This document shows positions 4,322 through 5,710 of a stretch of 5,710 nt of DNA, one piece after another; the first letter of the stretch is position 1; every line of letters starts with the position of its first letter. Source of the stretch: a virus. The stretch is from the IMG/VR virus record IMGVR_UViG_3300045988_007535, positions 1-5,710 of that record; one strand, written 5' to 3'. A program made the translations under genes and the position numbers. The notes under the pieces were generated by a model. That model saw only the letters and a program-made list of their open reading frames with translations. It ran no database searches and had not been told where the DNA came from.

Positions 4322-4576
4322 ATGAAAATGACGTTCTATTGCTTCAAAGACAGCGTAACCAACGGATACAGCAATCCATTCTTACAGCTCAACAGAGCAC
4401 AGGCAATCCGAACGGCAAAATGGAAAGCCAACGAAAGCAAGGTAAACGAAATCGAAGACATCAGCCTAGTTGAACTGGGCGAATTCGACACCGAAACGGG
4501 CGAAATGTACGGCGCAGACCCGAAACAGCTGTGCAGCCTGACAGACCTCAAGGAGAAATTTGATGCTAAATCCTGA
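4322..4576 (+). CDS. Small non-structural protein, VP5-like (gokushovirus ORF5 family candidate)
   Basis: 84 aa, with GGAGG (4308..4312) 9 nt upstream. The N-terminal F.CFKDSVTNGYSNPF and central LVELGEFDTETGEMY resemble the F..D......PF ... L..(L/I)G.FD..TG pattern I recall for microvirus VP5 proteins. Size and position (before VP3 and VP1) fit. This is a memory-based assignment, not a search result. Confidence 0.55.
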   Translation: MKMTFYCFKDSVTNGYSNPFLQLNRAQAIRTAKWKANESKVNEIEDISLVELGEFDTETGEMYGADPKQLCSLTDLKEKFDAKS

Positions 4577-4988
4577 CGTAATGGTACGCTACTACGGGAT
4601 GCCAACTGAAAGAGTAGCAAACAATCCGGGCAGCAAGACTGCACCAACGTGGAAAGCAGTAAAGCGACCGAACGGCACAACCGACTACATTCAGCAGCCG
4701 GATGAGAACACATACGAGAAAATCCAGCGAGCCGGCGAGGGCTACGACCTTGCAAGCGCAATCGCAAGACTGGAAGCTGGGGACACATCCATCAAGGCAA
4801 AGAGCATGGTATACACCGAAGGAACGGACCTTGAAAATCTGCCGAAGGATATCATGACGATGCACGAAAAGGCCGAGGCAGCAGCCGAAACAATGGAACA
4901 GCTGAAACAGGTGCAACAGACCGAACAGCCGAAGCCGAAAGAGGAAGAAAAAAAGGAGGAGGTGAAGGAAAACGAACCGAAACAGTGA
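4563..4988 (+). CDS. Internal scaffolding protein candidate (VP3-like) with a Lys/Glu-rich C-terminal tail
   Basis: ATG 4563 lies 7 nt after AAGGAG (4550..4555) and overlaps the upstream gene by 14 nt. The TTG at 4560 is the ORF-track start. The ORF is 141 aa and sits immediately upstream of VP1. The segment MVYTEGTDLENLPKDIMTMHEKAEAAAETMEQL loosely parallels the VYGDFS..P.....A......A...F..LP region of gokushovirus VP3. The tail is QPKPKEEEKKEEVKENEPKQ. Confidence 0.5.
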   Translation: MLNPDVMVRYYGMPTERVANNPGSKTAPTWKAVKRPNGTTDYIQQPDENTYEKIQRAGEGYDLASAIARLEAGDTSIKAKSMVYTEGTDLENLPKDIMTMHEKAEAAAETMEQLKQVQQTEQPKPKEEEKKEEVKENEPKQ

Positions 4989-5013
4989 GAACCATTTCGC
5001 GCAAGTGCCACGA

Positions 5014-5710
5014 ATGGAACGACCGCGAAGCAAATTTGACAGAAGTCACCAACTGTTGACGACCATCAACGAAGGTGACCTAGTGCCCATCTACTGCGAT
5101 GAAGTAATTCCGGGCGATACAGCAAAAGTACGCCTGAACGGGCTTATTCGTATGAGCACACCCATCTATCCTATCATGGATAACTGCTACATGGATACCT
5201 ATTTCTTCTTTGTTCCGTGCCGTCTGTTGTGGGAACACTGGGAGAACATGTTCGGCGAAAACGATACGGACTACTGGGCAGAAAAGACCGAATACAGCAC
5301 GCCGACTTGCACAATCGGCGGCACATCCGGTCTGAATAATGGCACCATCGGAGACTACTTCGGATTGCCGACCGGAGTCGAAAAAGCAATCAAAGTCAAC
5401 GCACTTCCGGCACGCGCATACGCCATGATTTACAACGAGTGGTTCCGTGACGAAAACCTCGAAGCACCGCTAATGCTGGGATACAAAAAAACAGACGAAG
5501 GGGGAACGCAAAAAGACCCAAAAAGCATCGGGGGAATATACGCAAACGACCCGAATCACACAACTGAAACGGTTGAAGCCTCATTTTACGGCTTAAAACC
5601 GGCAAAAGCGGGCAAGTTCCACGACTACTTCACCAGCTGCTTACCGAGTCCGTTGAAATCTGACCCTGTGGAAATCAGCCTAGTAGGCGATGCACCGGTA
5701 TTTGGGTATA
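5014..5710 (+). CDS. VP1: Major capsid protein VP1 (F homologue), N-terminal part. Runs off the window end and continues at base 56 (bases 5656..5710 equal 1..55).
   Basis: My translation from ATG 5014 has no stop up to the window end: MERPRSKFDRSHQLLTTINEGDLVPIYCDEVIPGDTAKVRLNGLIRMSTPIYPIMDNCYMDTYFFFVPCRLLWEHWENMFGEN...NALPARAYAMIYNEWFRDENL...KFHDYFTSCLPSPLKSDPVEISLVG. The blocks F(D/N)(L/R)SH, G.L.P....EV.PGD, LP.RAY..I.NE..RD.NL and DYFT..LP are hallmark Microviridae capsid motifs. The ORF track misses it because no stop lies inside the window. Confidence 0.93.
   Translation, partial: MERPRSKFDRSHQLLTTINEGDLVPIYCDEVIPGDTAKVRLNGLIRMSTPIYPIMDNCYMDTYFFFVPCRLLWEHWENMFGENDTDYWAEKTEYSTPTCTIGGTSGLNNGTIGDYFGLPTGVEKAIKVNALPARAYAMIYNEWFRDENLEAPLMLGYKKTDEGGTQKDPKSIGGIYANDPNHTTETVEASFYGLKPAKAGKFHDYFTSCLPSPLKSDPVEISLVGDAPVFGY
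5656..5710. repeat. Terminal direct repeat, copy 2 (identical to 1..55)
   Basis: Exact 55-nt identity with the window start. Confidence 0.95.

Noticed and set aside
4994-5031. Possible stem TTCGCG (4996..5001) / CGCGAA (5025..5030) enclosing the VP1 start codon.
   Set aside because: It has only about 6 bp with a 23-nt loop, which is too weak to assert from sequence alone. It is recorded because VP1 is the one gene without an SD.

Overview
The window is a complete circular ssDNA phage genome of the family Microviridae, linearised inside its major capsid gene. Bases 1..55 are repeated exactly at 5656..5710, which gives a unit length of 5,655 nt. The capsid ORF stays in frame across that junction.

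All credible genes are on the + strand:
- major capsid VP1/F (5014..5710 joined to 1..1002)
- VP2 pilot/minor capsid (1041..1898)
- HUH rolling-circle Rep VP4/A-like (2237..3226)
- an accessory block (3227..4318)
- a VP5-like small protein (4322..4576)
- a VP3-like scaffolding candidate (4563..4988)

The accessory block holds a structured non-coding stretch and a promoter + 60-aa ORF + terminator cassette. It also holds two ORFs below the ORF-track cutoff, a 38-aa J/VP8-like basic protein and a 36-aa helical peptide, followed by a zinc peptidase of the M15/LAS type.

Three factor-independent terminator hairpins follow the 60-aa ORF, VP1 and VP2. This looks like the leaky-terminator transcription scheme of microviruses.

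Points worth a second look:
- a peptidoglycan peptidase with no holin
- long Firmicutes-type Shine-Dalgarno sequences before almost every gene
- a 323-nt intergenic region upstream of rep with seven TTCAACA units around a perfect inverted repeat
- an 11-bp hairpin that places the rep SD in its loop
- an SD-hairpin-AUG arrangement at the VP1/VP2 junction

Minus-strand ORFs and out-of-frame + strand ORFs look like compositional shadows. I saw no tRNA, rRNA, CRISPR array, integrase or transposase.
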